From assembly GCF_051307035.1 (NCBI RefSeq), contig NZ_CP195536.1, positions 90,001 to 122,000 of the forward strand: 32,000 nucleotides of DNA. The letters are read 5' to 3'. How positions within the stretch are numbered: the first letter of the stretch is position 1; every line of letters starts with the position of its first letter. Shown here piece by piece: positions 17,255 to 25,410 of the stretch. This DNA is from Psychrobacter sp. DM4 (GTDB lineage: Bacteria > Pseudomonadota > Gammaproteobacteria > Pseudomonadales > Moraxellaceae). Both the position numbers and the translations under genes were made by a program. The notes beneath the pieces are model-generated. The model ran no database searches and was not told the DNA's origin. It worked only from the letters and a program-made list of their open reading frames with translations.

Positions 17255-18367
17255 ATGAAAGCAACATTGAAGAGTTTACGTGAGACAAAAGCTAATCCTG
17301 CTGTCAGTATCTTTGTAAAGACCCATCGTGAGCATCCTGCTAATGAAAAAGATCCTATCGCCCTCAAAAATCAATTAAAGGTCGCAGAAGAGCGTCTAAA
17401 TAAAGAGTACGATAAGAACACGGCAACCACTATTATAGATAGTATTCATGCCAAGACCGATGAGCTCAATCATAATTATAACTTAGATACTTTAGCCATC
17501 TTTGCAAGTGTCAATGATGTACAGATTATTCGCATGCCATTAGATACAACAGAGCGCGTCGTAATCTCAGACAGCTTTGCAACCCGTGATCTAGTACGTG
17601 ACATGGCAAGCGCGGTACATTTTTATACCGTCGTATTGACTCGTGATATGGCCCGTTTAATTGAAGCCTCTAACGATCGCGTCGTTGCCGAATTTGACAA
17701 AGACGATGACAAGCAAAACAATATGGAAAACATTGCCTTTCCAGTTGAGAATAATGGTTTATATACTACCAGCGACGGCGGATCAGATCGCTCATCGAAC
17801 AACGAAAGTAGCCATCTAAAAGAATTCTTTAACCAAGTGGATAAAAGCGTTCAAGAGCTGTGGGGTGAGCACAAGATGCCACTCGTTATCGTTGGTGACG
17901 CCAAAAACATCGGCTACTACAAAGAGGTTTGTGATCGTCCAGACAATATTATCGCGACAGTCTCAAATGTGACCAACCTTGATGATGGTAATGCACAGCA
18001 TATCGTCGATGGCGTACAAGACGCCGTAGAGGAATACCGTGCCTCATTACATGAAGCGGCTATGGGAGAGATTGATAAAGCGCGCGGTGCAGATATGTTA
18101 CGTACGGACTTGCAAGAAGTCTATCGTGGTGCTTTTCAAGGTGCTGGTGAGACGTTATATGTCCGTCGTGGTTATATAAAGCCTGCTAAGATTGACGAAA
18201 AAGCGCAAACACTAACCCTAGCAGATGACGCTGCTGGTGAAGGCGTTACAGATGACGCGATTGGCGTCATCATTGAGCATGTCATTCACAACGGTGGTGA
18301 TGTGGTCTTTATGCCAGAGGAAATCATGGGCGAAGATCAACCTATTGCTCTAGTGACTCGTTATTAG
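17255..18367 (+). CDS. Bacterial aeRF1/Pelota-like protein (baeRF / Balon-type candidate ribosome hibernation factor)
   Basis: 370-aa ORF with AAGGA SD (17242-17246) and a strong terminator. The N-terminal baeRF-like pattern is LKSLRETKANPAVSIFVKTHREHP…IALKNQLKVAEERL. The domain-2-like strand is FYTVVLTRDMARLIEASND, and SDGGSDRS sits where eRF1 has GGQ. The domain-3 motif is GAGETLYV (cf. GAVETLLV) and the C-terminus is GGDVVFMPEE…PIALVTRY* (cf. GG.V..vs…GIAAILRY). Confidence 0.7.
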   Translation: MKATLKSLRETKANPAVSIFVKTHREHPANEKDPIALKNQLKVAEERLNKEYDKNTATTIIDSIHAKTDELNHNYNLDTLAIFASVNDVQIIRMPLDTTERVVISDSFATRDLVRDMASAVHFYTVVLTRDMARLIEASNDRVVAEFDKDDDKQNNMENIAFPVENNGLYTTSDGGSDRSSNNESSHLKEFFNQVDKSVQELWGEHKMPLVIVGDAKNIGYYKEVCDRPDNIIATVSNVTNLDDGNAQHIVDGVQDAVEEYRASLHEAAMGEIDKARGADMLRTDLQEVYRGAFQGAGETLYVRRGYIKPAKIDEKAQTLTLADDAAGEGVTDDAIGVIIEHVIHNGGDVVFMPEEIMGEDQPIALVTRY

Positions 18368-18429
18368 TCAGTAGTCTGGGTTAATTCAAAATAGTATTTG
18401 AATGAACTGAGCCTTATAAAAGCAAGATT

Positions 18430-18467
18430 AAAGAGCATTGGTTCATTATGAGTCAATGCTCTTTTTA
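18430..18467 (+). terminator. Rho-independent terminator after the aeRF1-like gene
   Basis: agagcattg (18432-18440) pairs with caatgctct (18454-18462), a perfect 9-bp stem. TTTTT follows. Confidence 0.8.
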
Positions 18468-18499
18468 GTTGATACCTATTGAATATTACCAAAGTTAGG

Positions 18500-19336
18500 A
18501 TGCACATTATGCTCATTCCAAACAATGACGTCGGTCATTTAGTCAAAAGTACGCAAGCCTTTGTCTCATTAGCGCTACGCGGTGGACGTGGGGTTATGGG
18601 TACAGGACAACCTATGCAACCTAAAAAGATGCTTGTTCTTTATGAGCATGAAGCCTGTCCTTACTCGCGCCGCGTACGTGAAGTCATGACCCGCCTAAAT
18701 TTAGATTACGAGAGTCGTCCTAGTCCGCACAAAGGTCACGTTTATCGTGATGAGCTAGAAGAGCTGACTGGCAAAACGCAAGTGCCCTTTATGATCGATG
18801 AGAACTTCGCTGAAGGGGAGGAGGGCCATCAAATATTGGACTCACAAGCCATCATCGATCATCTGTTCACACATTATTCTAAAAAAGGCTCAACGCCCCC
18901 TAAGTTTCAACGTGAGCATAAAAAAGACAATGCTTCGATAGTCAATAAAGCGGCTAGCATGGCCTCTATGATGCGCGGTGTGAGGGCAGTCCATCCTAAA
19001 AAGAATGAGGCGCGCGGCAAACCTGATGAGCCATTGCATCTATACGGATTTGAGGCTAGTCCCTTTTGCCGGCTAGTACGTGAGCGCTTAAGTGAATTAG
19101 AAGTCGGTTACATCAACCACAACGTCGCTCGTGAGCAGATAAAAGATATCGGTGCTTTTGGTTTTCACTTGACGCTAGGTGAGTATCAGCCTATCAAAGG
19201 CGGCAAACGTGATCAGCTTATGAATGGCGAGTTAAACGGTAAGCTGCTATTTCCTTATCTAGTCGATCCCAACACAGGGGCGCAGATGTACGAGTCGCAG
19301 GACATCATCAGTTATCTTAATGATATTTATGGCTAG
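18500..19336 (+). CDS. Tandem glutaredoxin-like / GST N-terminal (thioredoxin-fold) domain protein
   Basis: It has two Grx/GST-N-like modules. The first is MLVLYEHEACPYSRRVREVM…GKTQVPFMIDEN…ILDSQAIIDHL. The second is LHLYGFEASPFCRLVRERL…FPYLVDPNTGAQMYESQDIISYL. The ORF is open from TTG 18479; ATG 18500 is used here, but the start is uncertain. Confidence 0.8.
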   Translation: MHIMLIPNNDVGHLVKSTQAFVSLALRGGRGVMGTGQPMQPKKMLVLYEHEACPYSRRVREVMTRLNLDYESRPSPHKGHVYRDELEELTGKTQVPFMIDENFAEGEEGHQILDSQAIIDHLFTHYSKKGSTPPKFQREHKKDNASIVNKAASMASMMRGVRAVHPKKNEARGKPDEPLHLYGFEASPFCRLVRERLSELEVGYINHNVAREQIKDIGAFGFHLTLGEYQPIKGGKRDQLMNGELNGKLLFPYLVDPNTGAQMYESQDIISYLNDIYG

Positions 19337-19363
19337 TATTGAATAGTCAGATTAATATTGCAA

Positions 19364-19398
19364 AAAAGGTGATTAGCTTTGGCTATATCATCTTTTTT
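19364..19398 (+). terminator. Probable terminator after the Grx/GST-like gene
   Basis: A-run, then an imperfect hairpin (gattagc / gcta(t)atc), then T7 at 19392-19398. Confidence 0.5.
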
Positions 19399-19500
19399 TA
19401 TAAATTCTAGTTGTTAATGATTGACTTTATCAAAAGGTAATAACTATTTAGGGCAAAATGCTGATAAAAACCAATAACGTATGATGACCTAATTTACTTA

Positions 19501-19546
19501 TCTTGGTGCAAAATGTTCTACGATAGTGCGCTTTTTTGCACCAAGA
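19501..19546. repeat. Perfect 13-bp inverted repeat with 20-nt spacer
   Basis: tcttggtgcaaaa (19501-19513) is the exact reverse complement of ttttgcaccaaga (19534-19546). A T-rich stretch follows 4 nt later. Confidence 0.6.
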
Positions 19547-19829
19547 TATATTTTTTAAGGGTGTTTAGGCTATAGTAAGTCATTCAAATAAACTATCTAA
19601 ATTTTTCTAACTTATGAAATGAAATGAATTATTTATTCTATTATCCCTAATGACTTTATTTTTAGTTAATGACGTTTTAGGGTTAGCAGATATAGGGTGA
19701 GTCTTGTATAAAAGCGTTTTTAATATTAAAAACTTGTATGACCTTGAAGGCTCTACTCAAGATAAGTCGGATAAATTAGAGTGTTGTAATAGATTATGTT
19801 TTTGGACATAAGTAGGTTTGGCACATCAT

Positions 19830-19858
19830 TTGCAACCTTTAGAGGGTAAGTTTATATA
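19830..19858 (+). promoter_or_regulatory. Candidate sigma70 promoter for the riboswitch-led operon
   Basis: TTGCAA (19830-19835), a 17-bp spacer, then TATATA (19853-19858). The predicted start lies ~25-30 nt upstream of the riboswitch CTAGGG block. Confidence 0.4.
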
Positions 19859-19890
19859 TTCTTAATTTCAATTAAGAGCTAAAAAAAGCT

Positions 19891-20010
19891 GTCTAGGGTC
19901 CCGGTATAGCACGCACTAAAAGTTTGCAAATAACTTTTGCGCTATATGTCTGGTTCGAGAGATGGCGGTTCGCAAGAACTACACGGAGGGATAAAAGCCC
20001 GGGAGACTCT
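19891..20010 (+). promoter_or_regulatory. Guanidine-I riboswitch aptamer (ykkC-yxkD motif, subtype 1)
   Basis: All three conserved ykkC blocks are present in the correct order: CTAGGGTCCCGG (19893-19904), CTGGTTCGAGAG (19950-19961) and ACACGGAGGGATAAAAGCCCGGGAGA (19981-20006). An extended P1 arm lies between the first two, with a perfect inner hairpin aaaagtt/aactttt at 19918-19938. The element sits immediately 5' of a urea-carboxylase-type operon, the classic genomic context. Confidence 0.85.
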
Positions 20011-20053
20011 AAGTGACACTGATCACTTAAGCTCTGTAATCGTGGGAGTTTTT

Positions 20054-20902
20054 ATGTCAACGGATCCAAAAAACGCATCAAATTTGCCTAGTTTTGATGA
20101 CTCTAAAAGTCAAAATACTGACAACCAAAGCTCTGCTACTCAAAACCTTGATAGCCAAAATCTAGCCCTATTTCAAACGCTGATTCCCGGTGGTCATCAC
20201 TGGTGTGGTCGTATCAATAGACATCATACTTTGACACTCACCTCATTGGCTGACAACGCCAACTTGAGTCTATACGTCGTCAATGCTGACGAAAAACTCG
20301 AACGTTTCAACATGCCGGATAGCCTTAAAGCGCAGCATACGCTGTATCTATCGCAAGGCCATGTCCTGTACTCGGATATGGGTCGAGTGCTCGCTTCTAT
20401 TACTAGTGACGATCACGGCTGGAACGATGTGCTGTGCGGCGCTAGTAGTGCTACTACTATTGCCAATCAGTATGGCAAAAAAACCTTTCAAGAGGCGCGC
20501 AATGATCGCCATTTAAGCGGTGTTGATGGCTTGCTCACTGATATGGCAAAGTTTGCGCTAACGGCTGCTGACCTCACGGCAACGCTCAACCTATTCTCTA
20601 AAGTAGTGCCTGATAATGACGGTCAACTGTCCTACATCACCAGCGATAATACCAATCAAGCCATTACCTTACGCTTCGAGATGAATTGCTTAGTGTTCTT
20701 ATGCAATGCCCCGCATCCTCTAGACCCAGCAACTATTTATAATCCTGCCGATATTGAACTCAGCCTCAACCGCTCACAACCGATTGCTTCAATAAGTGAC
20801 AGCGATGTCTGCCGTGATTCCTGTGCGCAAAATCAGCGCGGCTTCGAAAACAACGCGCGTTACTTTGGTGATTATGTACCAGCGACCGCAGCATTAATTT
20901 GA
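20054..20902 (+). CDS. Urea-carboxylase-associated DUF1989 protein (putative carboxyguanidine deiminase subunit)
   Basis: DUF1989-like sequence (…LIPGGHHWCGRINRHHTLTLTSL…NMPDSLKAQHTLYLSQGHVLYSDMGRVLASIT…). GGGAG SD (20044-20048) lies 5 nt before ATG 20054. The track start at 19937 would translate the riboswitch. Confidence 0.85.
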   Translation: MSTDPKNASNLPSFDDSKSQNTDNQSSATQNLDSQNLALFQTLIPGGHHWCGRINRHHTLTLTSLADNANLSLYVVNADEKLERFNMPDSLKAQHTLYLSQGHVLYSDMGRVLASITSDDHGWNDVLCGASSATTIANQYGKKTFQEARNDRHLSGVDGLLTDMAKFALTAADLTATLNLFSKVVPDNDGQLSYITSDNTNQAITLRFEMNCLVFLCNAPHPLDPATIYNPADIELSLNRSQPIASISDSDVCRDSCAQNQRGFENNARYFGDYVPATAALI

Positions 20903-20956
20903 TGGTTTTAATCGTTTTGAGCTGAAAACCAATATTGATAGGTAGAGGATTATTAA

Positions 20957-21643
20957 ATGACTATTTTAAATGAAGAATTAAAGCAATCGAGTACGACAGT
21001 GAGCGAATTAACGATCGATTTAGACCGTGTAGTATCGCGTGAGGTTTGCGCAGCTGGCGCAGGCTGGATGGCAGAGGTTAAGCAAAATCAAACCTTAAGA
21101 ATTATAGATTTAGAGGGCAATCAAGCGGTAGACACCTTATTTATCAGCAGTGCTGATACTGACGAGCGTTATAGCGCTACCGATACTTTAGCGAATAACA
21201 AAAATGTCTATTTAGAAAAAGGAAGCGATCTATTTAGCAATCAAGGCCGCGTCATCGCGACTATCACCGATGACAATTGTGGTCGTCATGACACGCTAGG
21301 CGGCGCTTGTTCTTGTGAGAGTAATACTGTGCGTTATGCGCAGGATACTTATCCGATGCACAGCTGTCGCAACAATTTTATGTATAGCTTAGCGACGCAT
21401 CCTATCGCGCAGCAGTTCCAACTCAACGTGCGTCATATTGGCCCTAACATTAATTTCTTTATGAATGTTCCCGTGACAAGCGATGGTCAATTAGCTTTTG
21501 ACGACGGAATATCAGCGCCCGGTAAGTATGTCGATATCACCGCGCAGATGGATATGATCGTACTAATATCGAATTGCCCTCAGCTTAATAATCCTTGTAA
21601 TGCTTACAACCCGACGCCTATTGAATTAGTGATTTATGAATAA
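20957..21643 (+). CDS. Urea-carboxylase-associated DUF1989 protein, second paralogue (putative carboxyguanidine deiminase subunit)
   Basis: It is a paralogue of the preceding gene (…GAGWMAEVKQNQTLRIIDLEGNQAVDTLF…SNQGRVIATITDD…NPCNAYNPTPIELVIYE). Pairing of two DUF1989 genes next to the carboxylase is the usual arrangement. Confidence 0.9.
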   Translation: MTILNEELKQSSTTVSELTIDLDRVVSREVCAAGAGWMAEVKQNQTLRIIDLEGNQAVDTLFISSADTDERYSATDTLANNKNVYLEKGSDLFSNQGRVIATITDDNCGRHDTLGGACSCESNTVRYAQDTYPMHSCRNNFMYSLATHPIAQQFQLNVRHIGPNINFFMNVPVTSDGQLAFDDGISAPGKYVDITAQMDMIVLISNCPQLNNPCNAYNPTPIELVIYE

Positions 21644-21717
21644 GTTTAACGCTTAAAAAGGTCATTCATTATCAATAAATTGCTATAAAAACTGGCTACA
21701 GTATTAAGGATAAGATC

Positions 21718-24700
21718 ATGTTCAAAAAAGTATTAATCGCTAATCGTGGTGCCATTACTTGTCGCGTGATACGCACGTTGAAGCAGATGAACATCCTCTC
21801 TGTCGCGGTCTACACTGATGCGGATCGCGGCTCATTGCATGTCAGTGAAGCTGATGAAGCGATAAAAATAGGCTCAGGATCTGCCAGCGAGAGTTATCTC
21901 AATATCGATAAAGTCATACAGGCGGCACTAGAGTCAGGCGCTGAAGCTATTCATCCGGGTTATGGATTTTTATCAGAGAACGCTGAATTCTGTGCGCGTT
22001 GTACCGAGGCGGGCATTGCGTTTATGGGGCCAACGCCTGAGCAACTATTGAGCTTTGGCCTCAAACACACCGCGCGCGAGCTGGCAACGCAAAGCCAAGT
22101 GCCCCTGTTACCAGGTAGCGATCTATTACAGGATATAAACGAAGCGGTAAGCGAAGCTGAGCGTATCGGCTATCCCGTCATGCTCAAGAGCACCGCTGGC
22201 GGCGGCGGTATTGGCATGCGCTTGGTTGCCAATGAGATAGAGCTCATCGAGGCCTATGAAGCCGTTCATCATTTAGCACAAAATAACTTTAGTAATGCCG
22301 GACTCTATCTTGAGAAGTTTGTAGAAAACGCGCGGCATATCGAAGTCCAAGTATTCGGTGATGGTCACGGCAATATTATCACTTTAGGAGAGCGCGACTG
22401 TTCAATTCAACGCCGCAATCAAAAGGTCGTAGAAGAGACGCCTGCGCCGCTTTTATCTGATAGTCAAAGACAGCAGTTACAACAAGTATCTACTGCCCTA
22501 ATGCAACAAGTGAATTACCGCTCTGCTGGCACGGTAGAGTTTGTGATGGATGTCGCAACCCAGAACTTTTACTTTTTGGAGGTTAATACACGCCTGCAAG
22601 TGGAGCACGGCATCACCGAAGAGATTTATCAAGTTGATATCGTGCGCTGGATGATTGAGCTGGCGGCAGGTGAGTTTGTAGCGCCAACATTACCGCTAAA
22701 GCCTTCAGGACATTCTATTGAAGTGCGTCTATACGCTGAGGATCCAATAAAGAATTTTCAACCGAGTACGGGTTTATTCACTGACGTCTATTTTGATCCA
22801 GAGGCACGAGTCGAGACTTGGATAGAGACCGGTAGCAACATCTCCGCTTTTTATGATCCGATGATCGCCAAAATCATAGTGACGGCTCCTGATCGCGAGC
22901 AAGCACTGGCTAAGATGACTCAGACACTCGCGGTATCTCGTATAGCGGGCATCGAGACAAATTTAGAGTATTTACAGCAGATATTTACATCGCCTGTGTT
23001 CATCAAGGGCGAGCAAACGACAAAGCTGTTAAATAGCTTTAGCTGGTTAAGTCAAAAAATTGAAGTACTAGTATCAGGGGTACAGACAGCGGTTCAAGAT
23101 GTGGTAGGTCGCCAAGGATATTGGAATGTTGGGGTACCGCCATCAGGTGCTATTGATGCGTTAAGTCTCAATACTGCTAATCAGCTCTTGGGCAATGAGT
23201 TCAATAGCGCAGGTCTAGAATGTGTGGTCACTGGACCGACGCTACGCTTTCATTGCGACAGCCAGATTGCGATCACTGGTGGCGCGATGGTCTGCACTTT
23301 GGATGAGCAAGTTATTCCCATGTGGCAAAGCGTGACCGTGAAAAAAGGTCAAGTCTTAGAATGTGGCAACATCACCTCAGGCTGTCGAAGCTATATCGGT
23401 ATCAAAGGCGGTATGGTCATTCCTGAATATTTAGGGAGCCAAGCGACGTTTAGCTTAGGTAAGTTTGGCGGGCACGGTGGTAGAAACCTCATCGTTGGTG
23501 ACATGCTACCCATTCAACAATTCGCAGTAGAGACTAACACTCAAATCGTCACCCAACACTCAATTCAGTGCTTAGCTGATAAGCAAAGACCTGAATTTAA
23601 TGGCCTATGGCAGATAGCGGTCATCTATGGGCCACATGGCGCACCAGACTTTTTTACGGAGTCCGATGTAGCACAATTCTTTGAACACCAGTGGGACGTC
23701 CATCATAACTCTAGCCGTACAGGTATTCGTCTCGTTGGCCCCAAACCTGAGTGGGCACGCGAAGATGGCGGTGAGGCGGGTCTGCACCCCTCAAACATTC
23801 ATGACAATGCTTATGCGGTCGGCGCTATCGACTTCACAGGGGATATGCCTATTATTTTAGGCCCTGATGGCCCAAGTCTAGGCGGGTTTGTGTGTTTAAG
23901 CGTTATCGTTGCTAGCGAGCGCTGGAAGATGGGTCAGCTCAAAGCTGGTGATAAAGTACAGTTTGTTCCGATTAGCTCTGAGCAAGCCAATAACTTGCAC
24001 CAGCGCTACGAGACGATGCTCAAAGCTGACGATACTCAATTAGTAGATTACGCTCTGCCTATGACGGTTGAGCCCGCCACTTTATCGACCGCGATTCTCG
24101 ATTCAATATCTAGCAGCGCTGAGCTGGCTGATGACTGCCCAAAAGTGGTCTATCGTCCTGCTGGTGATTGCTACCTGTTGATCGAATACGGCGCGCAAAT
24201 ACTTGATTTGCAATTGCGTTTTCGCGTTCAGGCGCTGATGGAGTACCTGCAAGCTCAACAGATCGCCGCCTTTGTAGATTTGACCCCGGGCATTCGCTCC
24301 CTGCTTGTGCATTATCGTCCTCTAGAGCTTTCGAAAACTGAGCTGTTAGCTATTCTCAAGCGAGCTGAGCATGAGTTACCTGACATCAAAAACATGCAAG
24401 TACCTTCTAGAATTGTACATCTACCGATGGCTTGGGCCGACTCACAAACTGCGCTGGCAACTGAGAAGTATCAGCAGTTAGTGCGACCTGATGCGCCTTG
24501 GTGCCCTGACAATATTGAATTTATCAGACGCACTAATGGACTTAAGTCAGCACAAGCGGTCAAGGATATCGTCTATCAGGCCAGCTACTTAGTTATGGGT
24601 TTAGGTGATGTCTATTTAGGCGCCCCTGTCGCCACGCCACTTGACCCTAGACACCGATTGGTCACTACCAAATACAATCCTGCTCGAACGTGGACGCCAG

Positions 24701-25368
24701 AGAACGCTGTTGGTATCGGTGGTGCTTATCTGTGTGTCTATGGTATGGAAGGGCCCGGTGGCTATCAGTTCGTCGGTAGAACGATTCAGATATGGAATCG
24801 TTATCGCCCGCATCCAAGCTTTGAGCCTGATAAGCCTTGGCTGCTTAGATTCTTTGACCAGATCCGCTTTTATGAAGTCAGTGAAGATGAGCTGTTATCG
24901 ATGCGTGACTCATTCGAGGCGGGCGAATTAGCAGTTAAGATTGAAGATAGTGTGCTTAATTTAGCTGAATACTATCAGATGCTCAATGACAATAAGCAAG
25001 ATATTCAAAGCTTTAAACAGCAGCAGCAAACGAGCTTTGAGGCTGAGCGTCAACGCTGGCAGCAGCAGGGACTAGACAGCTATATCAATGACGAGATAAC
25101 AGTAGCTGAGGTGGAATCAGATATCGTGATTCCTGAAGGCGGCATGGTGGTGCAAGCACACATGATGGGCAGTATTTGGAAGATTAACTGCGCGGTAGGC
25201 GATGTGGTTAGTAAAGGACAAGTACTCGCTATCGTTGAAGCTATGAAAATTGAGCTCCCTATACTCTCGCCAGTAAATATGACGGTGGTCAGCATTGAGA
25301 CCGAAGTCGGTATGACGGTCAAAACCGAGCAGCCATTATTTGTACTAGCGCCAACAGCGGCTGAGTAA
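21718..25368 (+). CDS. Biotin-dependent urea carboxylase family enzyme, probably guanidine carboxylase
   Basis: The 1216-aa protein has an N-terminal biotin carboxylase/ATP-grasp domain (KVLIANRGAITCRVIRT, MLKSTAGGGGIGMRL, EVNTRLQVEH). Central allophanate-hydrolase-subunit-like (KipA/KipI-type) carboxyltransferase domains follow. The C-terminal biotinyl domain has the EAMKIE motif (Lys codon 25246-25248). Confidence 0.93.
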   Translation: MFKKVLIANRGAITCRVIRTLKQMNILSVAVYTDADRGSLHVSEADEAIKIGSGSASESYLNIDKVIQAALESGAEAIHPGYGFLSENAEFCARCTEAGIAFMGPTPEQLLSFGLKHTARELATQSQVPLLPGSDLLQDINEAVSEAERIGYPVMLKSTAGGGGIGMRLVANEIELIEAYEAVHHLAQNNFSNAGLYLEKFVENARHIEVQVFGDGHGNIITLGERDCSIQRRNQKVVEETPAPLLSDSQRQQLQQVSTALMQQVNYRSAGTVEFVMDVATQNFYFLEVNTRLQVEHGITEEIYQVDIVRWMIELAAGEFVAPTLPLKPSGHSIEVRLYAEDPIKNFQPSTGLFTDVYFDPEARVETWIETGSNISAFYDPMIAKIIVTAPDREQALAKMTQTLAVSRIAGIETNLEYLQQIFTSPVFIKGEQTTKLLNSFSWLSQKIEVLVSGVQTAVQDVVGRQGYWNVGVPPSGAIDALSLNTANQLLGNEFNSAGLECVVTGPTLRFHCDSQIAITGGAMVCTLDEQVIPMWQSVTVKKGQVLECGNITSGCRSYIGIKGGMVIPEYLGSQATFSLGKFGGHGGRNLIVGDMLPIQQFAVETNTQIVTQHSIQCLADKQRPEFNGLWQIAVIYGPHGAPDFFTESDVAQFFEHQWDVHHNSSRTGIRLVGPKPEWAREDGGEAGLHPSNIHDNAYAVGAIDFTGDMPIILGPDGPSLGGFVCLSVIVASERWKMGQLKAGDKVQFVPISSEQANNLHQRYETMLKADDTQLVDYALPMTVEPATLSTAILDSISSSAELADDCPKVVYRPAGDCYLLIEYGAQILDLQLRFRVQALMEYLQAQQIAAFVDLTPGIRSLLVHYRPLELSKTELLAILKRAEHELPDIKNMQVPSRIVHLPMAWADSQTALATEKYQQLVRPDAPWCPDNIEFIRRTNGLKSAQAVKDIVYQASYLVMGLGDVYLGAPVATPLDPRHRLVTTKYNPARTWTPENAVGIGGAYLCVYGMEGPGGYQFVGRTIQIWNRYRPHPSFEPDKPWLLRFFDQIRFYEVSEDELLSMRDSFEAGELAVKIEDSVLNLAEYYQMLNDNKQDIQSFKQQQQTSFEAERQRWQQQGLDSYINDEITVAEVESDIVIPEGGMVVQAHMMGSIWKINCAVGDVVSKGQVLAIVEAMKIELPILSPVNMTVVSIETEVGMTVKTEQPLFVLAPTAAE

Positions 25369-25410
25369 AGCGTCAAATTGCCTTAATGCTAATAAAAAAA
25401 GAGAAAAATT

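Noticed and set aside
19613-19630. Short tandem atgaa x3 repeat in the AT-rich intergenic region
   Set aside because: It has only three 5-nt units in very AT-rich DNA. It is too short to distinguish from chance or to call a phase-variation tract.
19937-20053. N-terminal extension of the first DUF1989 ORF as given in the ORF track (start 19937)
   Set aside because: The extension would translate the conserved core of the ykkC riboswitch (…GGIKARETL… corresponds to GGGATAAAAGCCCGGGAGAC). A GGGAG SD sits 5 nt before the internal ATG at 20054, and the DUF1989 similarity only begins well downstream of that ATG.
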